Numbered from the stretch's first letter, positions 18,639 to 28,882 are shown. The stretch is 64,000 bases of DNA from an uncultured Planctomycetia bacterium (GCA_964489445.1 CAZAYU010000003.1:65172-129171); one strand, 5' to 3'. The notes: a model not told the origin generated them from the sequence alone. Made by a program: numbers and translations.

Positions 18639-19619
18639 ATGAAACAAGTTTGGGATTTTGAGAAACCGATAATTGAGCTTACAAATAAGATAGAAGGATT
18701 GAAGAAATTTTCTTTAGACAAGAAAATAAATCTTTCTCTGGAAGTAAGTAATTTAGAAGAGAAATTAAAAATACTTAAAAAAGAAATTTATTCTAGCTTA
18801 ACTCCTTGGCAAAAAGTGCAAATTTCCCGTCATTCTAATCGGCCAACTACATTAGATTATATCAAATTAATAATGACTGATTTTGTTCCTTTGGCTGGAG
18901 ATAGGCTTTACGGGGAAGATAAAGCCCTGGTTTGTGGTTTTGCTATGTTAGAAGGGCAAAAAATTGTTGTTGTAGGACATCAAAAAGGAAAAGACACTAA
19001 AGAAAATATTAAGCGTAATTTTGGTTGTGCTCATCCTGAAGGTTATCGAAAAGCAATGCGTATTATGAGGCTGGGGCAACGATTTAAATTACCAGTAATT
19101 TGCTTAATTGATACTCCAGGAGCTTATCCGGGGGTAGGCGCTGAAGAAAGAGGACAGGCTCAAGCAATTGCTGAGAATATTCGAGATATGTTTTCTTTAC
19201 GAACACCAATAGTAGTTACTGTGATTGGTGAAGGAGGAAGCGGAGGCGCACTGGGTGTTGGTGTAGGTGACAAGGTGCTCATCTTGGAGTATGCTTATTA
19301 CTCAGTAATTTCTCCCGAAGGGTGTGCGGCAATATTATGGAAAGATGCTGGAAAAAGAGAAGAAGCTGCTCGAGTGTTAAAATTAACAGCGCCGGACCTC
19401 TTGCAACTAGGGATTGTAGATGAAATTATTACGGAAGCAGAAGGAGGAGCCCATTGGGGACATCAGCAGACAGCGAATAATTTGAAAAAAGCTTTAGTAA
19501 CAAGATTAAACGAACTTTCCCAATTTTCTTTAGATGAGTTATTGAATAGACGCTATCAACGGTATAGAAAAATGGGGTCATTTAGTGAAATCCTTCCCGG
19601 TTCTGCTCTAAAAGAATAA
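18639..19619 (+). CDS. accA: acetyl-CoA carboxylase carboxyltransferase subunit alpha
   Basis: Full-length AccA: 'LDFEKPI' start, 'GFAMLEGQKIVVVGHQKG', 'IDTPGAYPGVGAEERGQA'. Confidence 0.9.
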   Translation: MKQVWDFEKPIIELTNKIEGLKKFSLDKKINLSLEVSNLEEKLKILKKEIYSSLTPWQKVQISRHSNRPTTLDYIKLIMTDFVPLAGDRLYGEDKALVCGFAMLEGQKIVVVGHQKGKDTKENIKRNFGCAHPEGYRKAMRIMRLGQRFKLPVICLIDTPGAYPGVGAEERGQAQAIAENIRDMFSLRTPIVVTVIGEGGSGGALGVGVGDKVLILEYAYYSVISPEGCAAILWKDAGKREEAARVLKLTAPDLLQLGIVDEIITEAEGGAHWGHQQTANNLKKALVTRLNELSQFSLDELLNRRYQRYRKMGSFSEILPGSALKE

Positions 19620-19625
19620 AAAAGG

Positions 19626-20168
19626 ATGCGTATCCAAAAACTGATAATTTTAGGAATCCTTAAGGAAGGGCCAAGGCACGGATACGAGATCAAAAAAATA
19701 ATCAATACCAAATTAGGAGTGTTTACTTCTCTTGACAACAAGTCAATATACTACCCGCTAAAGATCATGGAAAAGGGAGGGTTTATCAAGCGAAAAACCA
19801 TTCAAAATCCAGGAAGTTTATTGAGGTATGAGTATTCGATTACACCCCAAGGGGAAAAGGAATTTCTATCTCTCGCGATGAAGGCTTTACTTTCTCAGAA
19901 AAGGCCGTTTATTGACATTGATATTCCTTTATATTTTTTACCTTGCTTAGGCAAAAAAGAAGTTTTAGCTAGATTACGCTTACGGAAAAGATTTCTAGAG
20001 AAGGTTAAGCTGTGGCTAGAAGAAAATATAAATACAGCCAGTAAGTTTCCTGAACATCAACAGCTTCTTTTAAAACATCATTTAAATTTGGCAAGTGTAG
20101 AAGAACGCTTTGTTGACGAAATCATTACAATTGTCAAAAATCAACAACAATCAAAGATAAGTAGTTAA
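19626..20168 (+). CDS. PadR family transcriptional regulator
   Basis: 'ILGILKEGPRHGYEIKKII...SIYYPLKIMEKGGFI' PadR winged-helix signature. Confidence 0.75.
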   Translation: MRIQKLIILGILKEGPRHGYEIKKIINTKLGVFTSLDNKSIYYPLKIMEKGGFIKRKTIQNPGSLLRYEYSITPQGEKEFLSLAMKALLSQKRPFIDIDIPLYFLPCLGKKEVLARLRLRKRFLEKVKLWLEENINTASKFPEHQQLLLKHHLNLASVEERFVDEIITIVKNQQQSKISS

Positions 20169-20270
20169 CACAGCCCGTTAAGATGTTGGGGCCTAGGCAC
20201 TTAAGAATTACTATCCATGTTGAAAAAGATCGTTATAAATGGTAATCTTTTATTGGGGGGCAAATGTAAA

Positions 20271-20669
20271 ATGGCTCAAAATAAATGCCGATTAGGAAAA
20301 AAACTTCCTAAATATTTTCGAGGGTTTACGTTAATTGAAGTAATGATTTCTGTTGCTATTTTAACAGTAGTTGTTACTAGCTTGCTAATGTCTATAGTGT
20401 CTTGTGTGATGTTAAACCAGGCTAGCAGCAATTTAATAGTTGCCGCTAGCGATGCGCAAGATATCTTAGAGGATATAAAGAGCCTGCCAAACATTTATAA
20501 CGATATAGATAGTTATTTGCCACCAGGACTAAATAGTTTAACTAATGAAACGGTTAGTGTTAATGTCCTTCAAGTAAGCGAAGGATTAAAAGAGGTAACA
20601 GTTAATGTTGAGTGGGTGGATAAACAAAGGCAAAATAGTTTTCTGTTAACAACAAGGATTAACCGATAG
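20271..20669 (+). CDS. type IV minor pilin / pseudopilin (prepilin-type N-terminal methylation domain)
   Basis: 'RG|FTLIEVMISVAIL' class III signal with Glu+5. ATG at 20271 with a GGGGGG RBS; the track ORF starts at 20217. Confidence 0.65.
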   Translation: MAQNKCRLGKKLPKYFRGFTLIEVMISVAILTVVVTSLLMSIVSCVMLNQASSNLIVAASDAQDILEDIKSLPNIYNDIDSYLPPGLNSLTNETVSVNVLQVSEGLKEVTVNVEWVDKQRQNSFLLTTRINR

Positions 20670-20670
20670 C

Positions 20671-21273
20671 ATGAAAAGCGTTAATAAGAATAAAAAAAAA
20701 TATCGGATAAGGCGCACCAAAAGCTTAACTCTTGTTGAAACTTTGTTGGCGGTTTCAATTTTTATGGTCGTTCTTATGGGGTTTATGGCTAGCTTGAGTT
20801 TAGGCGAGGTATTCTTTCCTTTAAACTCAGCTAATGTAGATATGAGATCAAATGTTAGAGTAGCTATAAATTGGATTGTAAAAGATGCCAGACAGGCAGT
20901 AAATTGGGATATTGCCAATAATAATCCAGGAAGTTCTCATCTTAAGTTTCGTCGAGTCAACGGGTTAAACATTGACACAGGAGAATATTTACTGGATGAA
21001 GATTATATTGAGTACAATTATGATGCCAGTTCTTTTAAAATTGTTCGGAATTTAGTCAATTCTGAGGGAAATATTATCCGCTCTTGGGAATTTAATAATA
21101 TTAACCAAGCGCCTTTTTATACTCAACATAATGAAGAAGTTCAAGAATTTAATGAGAATTCATTTAGGGACAACGGAAAATTAATTGTGATAATCTCGGG
21201 GCAAAAAGAAATTAGAGGAGAAATGAACGCAGATTTTTCTCTAAGATCGGATGTAAAGGTGAGAAATGAATAA
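20671..21273 (+). CDS. minor pilin-like protein (non-canonical prepilin N-terminus)
   Basis: 'KSLTLVETLLAVSIFMVVL' hydrophobic pilin-like helix with Glu+5-like spacing but no Gly at −1. Confidence 0.45.
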   Translation: MKSVNKNKKKYRIRRTKSLTLVETLLAVSIFMVVLMGFMASLSLGEVFFPLNSANVDMRSNVRVAINWIVKDARQAVNWDIANNNPGSSHLKFRRVNGLNIDTGEYLLDEDYIEYNYDASSFKIVRNLVNSEGNIIRSWEFNNINQAPFYTQHNEEVQEFNENSFRDNGKLIVIISGQKEIRGEMNADFSLRSDVKVRNE

Positions 21274-22126
21274 AAAAGGATTTGCTTTAGTTGTAAGCTT
21301 GCTTACAGTATTGGCACTAAGTATTTTACTGGCCGGATTTTTTTTAAAAAGTATAAATGAAAAACATCTTGCTGAGAGATATGCTAATAGCATAAAAGCT
21401 TTTTGGTTGGCCGAAGCTGGAATTGCTGAAGGGATAAACAATTTACCTGGTAATGTTTCTAACTGTTTACAAGATGGATATTGCTATAGTGTTTTAGTTG
21501 TAAAGTTATCCGATGAGTACTACCAAATAAATTCGATAGGCACGGTTTCTTTGGCTTCTGGTGAGAAAGCAGAAAAAGAATTACAAGTAATTGTAAAAGT
21601 AAACCGTCCAGATTCTTCTAATTTTTCGCACGCAATAGAAACAACCGGCGAGCTACAAACGAGAGGAAGAGCGTACACGATTAACGGCACAATCAACGAG
21701 GAAGCTGCTTTAAATTTTGCTGATTTATTTGAATGTAGCAAAGAGGAGATGGAGTCAGCAGCTACTTACCTCTACGATGATGTTTTGCCAGAGCCAATTA
21801 ATGGAATAACGTGGGTGAATACAACTGATGGCAATGAATTAACAGTTGCTGGAAATATACAGGGTAGCGGAATTTTAGTTATTGCTGGCGACGTACACTT
21901 TTCCGGAACAATTGATATTGATGGTATAGTATATGTTATTGGAAAGCTAAGAATGTCTGGAACACCAACAATCAATGGAGCAATATTAGCTGAAAGCCAA
22001 GCGGAGGTTGATACTAGAATAGTCGGGCACGTTACTATTAATTATAATCCCGATACAATCAGTAGCGCTTTAATTTCTTTACAGGGGATGTCGTCAGAAG
22101 TTGTTTCTTGGCAAGAGGCCGAATAA
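21266..22126 (+). CDS. PilX-like type IV minor pilin
   Basis: 'KKGFALVVSLLTVLALSILL' PilX_N-type N-terminus. Confidence 0.5.
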   Translation: MNKKGFALVVSLLTVLALSILLAGFFLKSINEKHLAERYANSIKAFWLAEAGIAEGINNLPGNVSNCLQDGYCYSVLVVKLSDEYYQINSIGTVSLASGEKAEKELQVIVKVNRPDSSNFSHAIETTGELQTRGRAYTINGTINEEAALNFADLFECSKEEMESAATYLYDDVLPEPINGITWVNTTDGNELTVAGNIQGSGILVIAGDVHFSGTIDIDGIVYVIGKLRMSGTPTINGAILAESQAEVDTRIVGHVTINYNPDTISSALISLQGMSSEVVSWQEAE

Positions 22127-22311
22127 GTGAATGCAGGATGATTGTTTAATAAATTTTGTCCAACCCAGAAAGAGTTAATTTAAAAAAGACCGGCAATTGA
22201 CACTGATTATAAAAGATGATACCATTTATTAATGCAATATCTTAAAATTGCTTGATAGCCATAGGCTTACAATAACAATATTTCTTTATAATTTAAAAGG
22301 GAAGGGGAAAA

Positions 22312-23625
22312 ATGAATAAAAATAATTCTTTATCCAATCTAAGCTTAAAGCGAAGAATGTGGATTGCTATCTCATTAATCACTGTGCTTCCTTTGATTAT
22401 TTTTTTCTATTATGTCTATGGTTATGACATTTCCTTTTGGGCTACAGCAATTTTGGGGACAATTGTTTTTTTGGGTTGGTGGATAGTGTTTGAAGTATTT
22501 TCTTCCATTGTGGGCATGTGTACTCGTTCTCGCATTGCCTTGGGAAGAATTGGCGAAGAGGTTCCTTCAGCTTCTGATGAAGTGCAAAATTTAGAGAGTA
22601 TTATCAACTTGCTTTCCGATAAAGTTAAAGATAGTTTTAGCCAGCTAAAAGATTTTACCCGAATGACTGGAGAATTAAATAAAGAAGTGTCAAAAAAGGT
22701 GCTTATACTTTCCACGGTTCTCCAAGCTAATGACCTATTTTCAAAAGAGACTCCTGCTGAAGAAGTTATAAAATTTCTTGCTAATCACCTAAAAGAGTTA
22801 ATGGAAAACAAAGTTTGTTTTTGTAGTTTAAAAGAAAGTCTTCTTGAAGGGTTGAGAGTGGTTGCTTGCGAAGGGATTTCTTCTGCCAAAGTTAAAGAGT
22901 TTGGAGAAGGAAAGGATAGTGAAATACCGCGAATAGGCAAGATAATAGTAGTGGATAACTACAGTAAACCAGCTAAATATTTATCTTGGGCGAAAGAATT
23001 AGGTCTTAATAATTTAGCTATTTCTCCCATAATTTCTAGAGGGCAAATTGTAGGCATTGTAGGTATTGGGAATAAAAAAGATAACTTTTCTTTCGGAAAA
23101 GATGATCTAGATGTTTTAAATCTGTTTAGTCAAAATGTCACTTTAATTTGGGAGCACCAACGCCTTTCTTCTAAAATTGAAGAGCTGGAGGTATTAGATC
23201 ATTTAACTGGATTGTACAATGAAAAAATGATTAGTAAGAGATTGGATGAAGAAATCAAAAGGGCTACCGCCTACCAGCGTCCTTGTGGTTTTATTTCGGT
23301 TAAAGTTGTAAATTATAAAGATTTCCAAAAAAAATCAGGACAAATTGAAGCTGAAAGAAATCTAAAAATAATAGCCAAGAATCTGAAGAAATGCTTAAGA
23401 CCGATTGATATGGGCGGAAGAATATCTCCGGATGCGCTAGGAGCTATCTTGATAGAAAAAAATAAACGGCAGTCTCAAGAAATAGCTAGTAGCCTAGACA
23501 GTCTGTTAAAGAAGGGGTGTTCTGAAGAAATTGAATTATTGTTTTCTGTTGCAGAAAGCCCCATTGATGGAATTTCTGCAACAGAGCTGTTATCGTTCGT
23601 TCGGAAGCAGAAAAAAAATAAATAA
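22312..23625 (+). CDS. membrane signalling protein: 2 TM + GAF + degenerate GGDEF (GGRIS) with an RxxD I-site-like motif
   Basis: Two N-terminal TM helices and a GAF-like middle. The C-terminal 'DHLTGLYNE...LRPIDMGGRISPDALGAILIE' is a GGDEF fold with a dead active site and a retained RPID motif. Confidence 0.6.
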   Translation: MNKNNSLSNLSLKRRMWIAISLITVLPLIIFFYYVYGYDISFWATAILGTIVFLGWWIVFEVFSSIVGMCTRSRIALGRIGEEVPSASDEVQNLESIINLLSDKVKDSFSQLKDFTRMTGELNKEVSKKVLILSTVLQANDLFSKETPAEEVIKFLANHLKELMENKVCFCSLKESLLEGLRVVACEGISSAKVKEFGEGKDSEIPRIGKIIVVDNYSKPAKYLSWAKELGLNNLAISPIISRGQIVGIVGIGNKKDNFSFGKDDLDVLNLFSQNVTLIWEHQRLSSKIEELEVLDHLTGLYNEKMISKRLDEEIKRATAYQRPCGFISVKVVNYKDFQKKSGQIEAERNLKIIAKNLKKCLRPIDMGGRISPDALGAILIEKNKRQSQEIASSLDSLLKKGCSEEIELLFSVAESPIDGISATELLSFVRKQKKNK

Positions 23626-23628
23626 AAA

Positions 23629-24066
23629 ATGGAACCTAAAAGAAAAATTACTAAATTTCTAGGAGAGATTTTAGTAGAGAGGGGAGTCATTAACAATGCT
23701 CAGTTAAAAAAAGCTTTAGAAACCCAGAAACATGGAGAGGGGCTCATTGGAGAAGTAATTGTTGAGCTGGGATTTGCTAAAGAGGATGATATTGCTCATT
23801 GTTTGTCTTTGCAGTTTGGCTACCCTTATCTTCCTCTAGAAAACTATGAAATATCAGCAGAAATTGTAAAAATTATACCGCGCAAGGTTTGTGAATACTA
23901 TTGTTTGATTCCTATAGACAAAATAGGAGGAACGCTAACAATTGCTATGTCAAATCCTTTAAATGTGCAAGCGGTCGAAGATTTAGAAGATGTTGCTGAG
24001 TGTGATATCCAAATATTTGTGAGTACTCCTTCCGGAATCCGTAGCAGTATTAAAAAATTCTATTAA
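23629..24066 (+). CDS. stand-alone T2SSE_N / MshEN domain protein (putative c-di-GMP receptor)
   Basis: 'FLGEILVERGVINNAQLKKALETQ' matches the 24-residue MshEN motif RLGxxLxxxGxIxxxQLxxALxxQ. The rest is a GspE_N fold. 145 aa. Confidence 0.65.
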   Translation: MEPKRKITKFLGEILVERGVINNAQLKKALETQKHGEGLIGEVIVELGFAKEDDIAHCLSLQFGYPYLPLENYEISAEIVKIIPRKVCEYYCLIPIDKIGGTLTIAMSNPLNVQAVEDLEDVAECDIQIFVSTPSGIRSSIKKFY

Positions 24067-24068
24067 AA

Positions 24069-25808
24069 ATGAACAAGAACGAACATAGTTCACTTAATAA
24101 TAGTGAAACATCATTAAGAGGGTTTTCTGGATATCTATTAAAAAAAGGAGCTTTGTCTAAAGAGGAACTAGAAAGAGCCCTGACTACGCAAAAAAGAGAA
24201 AGAGAGTCTTTAGTAGGAATCATAGTTAAAATGGGATTTATCAAGGAAGAAATATTGCTAAATCTTCTTTCTGGCTATCTTTCTGTCCCGCCGGTTAGAG
24301 TTTTGAATTTAGATATCCCTAAGCAGATTTTAGGGTTGGTTCCTGAGAAAATTGCTCGCGCCTATCAAGTATTACCGGTAGGAATAATTGGCAATACATT
24401 AACCCTAGCCATGGGAGATCCATTAAATGTTTTAGCGATTGATGATATTAAAAAAATTACTAAGTGCGAAGTTAATCCGATAATTGCTCCTTTTTCTCAA
24501 ATTGCAAAAGCTATTTCTAATAACTATGCGCATGCGCCTACGGAAACAATAGAAGAAATAATTAAGGATCAGTCAGTCGATGCGTTAACTATAATTAAAG
24601 AAGGAAAGAGAGGTGTTTCTCAGGAAGAGATCTTTCGTTCAACCAAAGAAGCTCCGGTAATTAAGTTTACTAATGCTTTTCTTAGAAGAGCGGTTCATGA
24701 TAAAACATCGGACATTTTAATTGAGCCGCTAGAGAATACAAGTAGAGTGAGGTTAAGAATAGACGGTATACTAAGAGAGTTGGAGACTTTTTCTAAAAAA
24801 ATGCATCCGTTTATAGTGTCACGAATAAAAGTGCTATGTAATCTAAATATTGCTGAGCATCGCCTTCCTCAGGAAGGACGATTTCGCAGCAGAATTCTTG
24901 ATAGGGATGTAGACTTCAGAGTGTCCATATTACCTTCTAGCTTAGGAGAAAAAGTAGCGATAAGAATTCTAGACAAAACAGCTGCTATCTTAAACCTTGA
25001 TTTTTTAGGGTACGAAGATGATGTATTAAAAAAAATTAAACAGGATAGCTTAAAGGCTCATGGTTTGCTTCTTGCTTGTGGCCCTACTGGAGCAGGAAAA
25101 ACAACGGCTTTGTATTCGGTAATAAATCATATTTATAGTTCAGAAAAAAATATTGTTACAGTAGAGGATCCGATAGAATATCAGCTAAGAGGAATCAACC
25201 AAGTAAGCATTAATCCGGCTATTGGATTAACATTTGCTTCCGGGTTAAGATCAATATTAAGGCAGGATCCGGACATTGTAATGATTGGGGAAATTAGAGA
25301 TAAAGAAACTTCTGGGATGGCTATTAAGGCGGCTTTAACTGGTCATTTAGTTTTATCTACCTTACATACAACCACTAGCGCTGGTTCTGTTACTCGGTTG
25401 GTAAATATGGATATTGAACCTTTTTTACTTTCTTCGACGCTGTTAGGAGTTCTTGCCCAGAGATTGGTTAGAGTATTATGTCCAAAATGCAAAGAAAAAA
25501 GTAATTTAGCTGATGAGACAAGAAAAAAGTATTCACTAGAAAATAAAATTGTTATTTATAAACCAAAAGGGTGTAGTTTTTGTCAGAACATCGGATATAA
25601 AGGGAGGGTGGCTTTAAGCGAATATTTACAGATTTCTCCCTCAATCAAAAAATTAATTAACTCTTGCGTTTCAGAGGGGATTATAAAGAAAGAAGCACGC
25701 ATCGAAGGCATGCGTACTTTGCGAGAAGACGGCATTATAAAGGTAGAGAAAGGTCTAACAACGTTAGAAGAAGTAGTGAGAGTAACTGCAGCAGATGAAG
25801 ATCTATAG
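24069..25808 (+). CDS. type IV pilus assembly ATPase (PilB/GspE/MshE family) with N-terminal MshEN motif
   Basis: N-terminal 'FSGYLLKKGALSKEELERALTTQ' MshEN-type motif. Walker A GPTGAGKTT, Asp/His boxes, and a tetracysteine CPKC...CSFC. Confidence 0.9.
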   Translation: MNKNEHSSLNNSETSLRGFSGYLLKKGALSKEELERALTTQKRERESLVGIIVKMGFIKEEILLNLLSGYLSVPPVRVLNLDIPKQILGLVPEKIARAYQVLPVGIIGNTLTLAMGDPLNVLAIDDIKKITKCEVNPIIAPFSQIAKAISNNYAHAPTETIEEIIKDQSVDALTIIKEGKRGVSQEEIFRSTKEAPVIKFTNAFLRRAVHDKTSDILIEPLENTSRVRLRIDGILRELETFSKKMHPFIVSRIKVLCNLNIAEHRLPQEGRFRSRILDRDVDFRVSILPSSLGEKVAIRILDKTAAILNLDFLGYEDDVLKKIKQDSLKAHGLLLACGPTGAGKTTALYSVINHIYSSEKNIVTVEDPIEYQLRGINQVSINPAIGLTFASGLRSILRQDPDIVMIGEIRDKETSGMAIKAALTGHLVLSTLHTTTSAGSVTRLVNMDIEPFLLSSTLLGVLAQRLVRVLCPKCKEKSNLADETRKKYSLENKIVIYKPKGCSFCQNIGYKGRVALSEYLQISPSIKKLINSCVSEGIIKKEARIEGMRTLREDGIIKVEKGLTTLEEVVRVTAADEDL

Positions 25809-25869
25809 ATCTTAAAAACAAATAATGTAGTCCTGAGAAGATTAAATTTTTTAAATAAAAAGAAGCAAT

Positions 25870-27573
25870 ATGTCAATTAAAGAAAAAATAATAAACTATA
25901 TTCAGCAGAATAAGGAAATAGACAAAAAAGTTCTTCTAGAGATTACTAAAAGCGCCAATGATTATAACGCTCTTAAAAGTGCGTTGGTTAGTAATAAGTT
26001 TATCGACGAGGAAGAATTGCTGTTATTTTTTTCTCGAGAATTAAAGATCCCTTTTTTGGATTTAAAGAAGTATAGAATTCCTGCTGAGAATAAAAATTTA
26101 TTTTCTCAAGAGATTGCTTTTAAATATGCAGTGGTTCCTATTTGCAAAATAGGAACAGTGCTTACACTGGCTATTTCTGATCCCTTAGATGTTATTGCTT
26201 GTGATGATATTAAAATTATTACTGGTGTGGATAAAGTAGATTTAGTGCTTTCTCGTAAGGAGGATATTCTTAAATCATTGAAGGTATTGCATGGAATTAC
26301 CGAAGAAATATCCAATGTTTTGGAAGAAGATTCCTTCGAAGAAGAACTAAGCGAAACCAGCGATGGCAATGATAATTTAGAGGATCTAATAAGTGAGAGT
26401 AAACATCCTCCAATTGTTCGAGCGATTGACATGATTATCTATAGCGCTTTAAAAAAGAGGGCTTCGGATATTCATATTGAGCCTTACGAAGATAAATTGT
26501 TAGTGCGTTACAGGGTTGATGGAGTACTTAGTGATGAATTTAGTTTTCCGAAAAAAAATCAACGAGCGGTAATTGCGCGAATAAAAATAATTTCTTCTTT
26601 AGATATCACGGACTCTCGTCTTCCTCAGGATGGAAGATTTAAGGTGAGGTTTGAGAATAGAGAGATTGATTTCAGAGTTTCTACACTTCCTACTCATTTT
26701 GGAGAAAAATTTGTTTTAAGAGTTTTAGACAAAGATAGCTTGTCTGCAGGATTAAAAAATTTAGGATTTTCTTCCCAACCTTTAAAATTATTTTCCGAAG
26801 CAGTAAAAGCACCTTTTGGGATTATTTTAGTTACTGGTCCGACGGGAAGCGGAAAATCGACTACTCTTTATTCAATTATCAAGAAAATTAATTCTCCGGA
26901 TAAAAATATTATTACCATTGAAGATCCGGTTGAGTATCGTTTAGAAGGGATAACCCAAATTCAGGTTAATGCAGACATCGGATTAACTTTTTCTGCAGGT
27001 TTGCACTCAGTGTTGCGTCAATCTCCAGATATTATTATGGTTGGAGAAATTAGAGATTCAGAAACAGCAGATATTGCGATTAAAGCATCCCTAACAGGAG
27101 AAGTTATTTTGTCTACCTTGCATACAAATAGTGCTGTAGGTGCAATTACTCGGTTGAGAGAAATGGGCACAGAAGCATTTCTTCTAGGGTCTTCATTGGT
27201 AGCGCTTACTGCACAAAGACTAGCTAGAAAATTGTGCCCTAAGTGTAAAGAAAAGTATAAAATGGACCGCGGTCTACTCAAGAGAATGAAATTAGAGTCT
27301 TTATTAAAAGACAAAGAAGAAAATTATTTTTATCGCTCCAAAGGATGTTCTTTTTGTGGACATAGTGGATATTATGGAAGAATTGCTATCTTAGAAGTTA
27401 TTTTACTCGATGATAAAATAAGAGAAATGGTAGCGGGAAGAAAATCAGAAGAAGAAATTATTAAATATGCTAAAAAATTTAGGTCTTTTAATTCTTTGCA
27501 AAATGACGGGTTGCTAAAGTGTGTCGACGGAATAACTTCGATAGAAGAAATTATCAGGGTAACTACTGAATAA
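25870..27573 (+). CDS. second PilB/GspE-family secretion ATPase paralog
   Basis: GspE_N-like N-terminus, Walker A GPTGSGKST, tetracysteine CPKC...CSFC. Full-length PilB-type, not PilT-type. Confidence 0.9.
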   Translation: MSIKEKIINYIQQNKEIDKKVLLEITKSANDYNALKSALVSNKFIDEEELLLFFSRELKIPFLDLKKYRIPAENKNLFSQEIAFKYAVVPICKIGTVLTLAISDPLDVIACDDIKIITGVDKVDLVLSRKEDILKSLKVLHGITEEISNVLEEDSFEEELSETSDGNDNLEDLISESKHPPIVRAIDMIIYSALKKRASDIHIEPYEDKLLVRYRVDGVLSDEFSFPKKNQRAVIARIKIISSLDITDSRLPQDGRFKVRFENREIDFRVSTLPTHFGEKFVLRVLDKDSLSAGLKNLGFSSQPLKLFSEAVKAPFGIILVTGPTGSGKSTTLYSIIKKINSPDKNIITIEDPVEYRLEGITQIQVNADIGLTFSAGLHSVLRQSPDIIMVGEIRDSETADIAIKASLTGEVILSTLHTNSAVGAITRLREMGTEAFLLGSSLVALTAQRLARKLCPKCKEKYKMDRGLLKRMKLESLLKDKEENYFYRSKGCSFCGHSGYYGRIAILEVILLDDKIREMVAGRKSEEEIIKYAKKFRSFNSLQNDGLLKCVDGITSIEEIIRVTTE

Positions 27574-27603
27574 AGATTGATGGTAAGACGAGATGCGTAG
27601 AAT

Positions 27604-28818
27604 ATGAAATTATTTTATTATACAGTTAAGGACAAAGCAGGAAAAGTATTAAAGGGGTCAATAGAGGCAGAAACAGATAGCGCCCTAGTTTCCCATTTTC
27701 ATGATGAAGGATGTATAGTTTTTTCAATTAAGGAAATAAAAAATCAGAAGAGGAAAATAGTAAAAGGAAAAGTTAAAACCGAAGACTTGGTAATATTTTC
27801 TAGGCAATTTACCACATTGATTGAAAGCAGCATTCCCGTGGTAGAAGCCTTAGGCATTCTCAAAGAACAAGTTGAAAATGTCTATTTTAAAAGTGTTATC
27901 GAGTTAGTTCTAAAAGATGTCAAAGAAGGGGCAAGCCTTTCATCTGCCTTAGGAAAACACAAAAAAGTATTTCCCGATATTTATTTAAGTATGGTTAAGG
28001 CCGCTGAGGTATCAGGCAGCCTAGCAGAAATCTTAGATAGAGTGTCTGTTTATCTAGAAAAAAGTAATGCGTTAGCAAAGAAAGTAATGTCTGCTTTTTA
28101 TTATCCAATTGTTATTGTTATTATGGCAATTACGATAACTTCTTTTTTGATGTTTAAAGTTATTCCTACATTTAAAGGTATCTATGATTCTTTAGGAGGA
28201 GCGTTACCTTTGCCTACACAAATACTCATTAATATTACTGATAGTCTAACTCGTAAAGAATCTATTGTAATAATTTTGGTTCTATTAATTGGAGGGTTTT
28301 TTGGTTTTAAAAAATATATTAGTACCTCTAGTGGGCGAAGAAGATATGACCGGATTATTTTAAAAATTCCAGTTTTCGGTGATTTGTTAAAAAAGATAGC
28401 TATTGCTAAATTTTCTCGAACATTTGCTACTTTAGTAAAAAGTGGAGTGTCAATAGTTAAATGTTTAGAAATTGTAGCAAATACTTCAGGAAATAAAGTA
28501 ATTGAAGATGCGGTTTTGGAATCTAAAAAGTCTATTCAAAATGGAGAGACAATATCTGCTCCTTTAGAAAAAACAGGGGTGTTTCCTCCCATGGTGACCC
28601 GGATGATCTCTGTAGGAGAAAAAAGTGGGCGTCTCGAGCACATGCTATCTAAGGTCGCTCAATTTTATGAAGAACAAACAGATGCTATGGTTGCAGGTTT
28701 AAGTAGTTTAATAGAGCCGATAATAATAGCTTTTCTGGGAATAGTAGTGGGAGGAATAGTTGTTTCTTTATTTCTACCGATATTAAAAATAACTCAACAA
28801 ATAGGGGGTATGGGGTAA
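27604..28818 (+). CDS. type IV pilus inner-membrane platform protein PilC/GspF
   Basis: Two T2SSF repeats and 3 TM helices, ~400 aa. Confidence 0.9.
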   Translation: MKLFYYTVKDKAGKVLKGSIEAETDSALVSHFHDEGCIVFSIKEIKNQKRKIVKGKVKTEDLVIFSRQFTTLIESSIPVVEALGILKEQVENVYFKSVIELVLKDVKEGASLSSALGKHKKVFPDIYLSMVKAAEVSGSLAEILDRVSVYLEKSNALAKKVMSAFYYPIVIVIMAITITSFLMFKVIPTFKGIYDSLGGALPLPTQILINITDSLTRKESIVIILVLLIGGFFGFKKYISTSSGRRRYDRIILKIPVFGDLLKKIAIAKFSRTFATLVKSGVSIVKCLEIVANTSGNKVIEDAVLESKKSIQNGETISAPLEKTGVFPPMVTRMISVGEKSGRLEHMLSKVAQFYEEQTDAMVAGLSSLIEPIIIAFLGIVVGGIVVSLFLPILKITQQIGGMG

Positions 28819-28853
28819 AACGATTATTTTGCTAGTGTAGAGACGAGAGAGCG

Positions 28854-28882
28854 TTGACAGAGGTATCTAGATATGTTATATC
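28854..28882 (+). promoter_or_regulatory. sigma70-like promoter (TTGACA–N16/17–TTATAT) upstream of the major pilin gene
   Basis: Consensus −35 and a near-consensus −10, about 110 nt upstream of the ATG at 28991. Confidence 0.45.
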
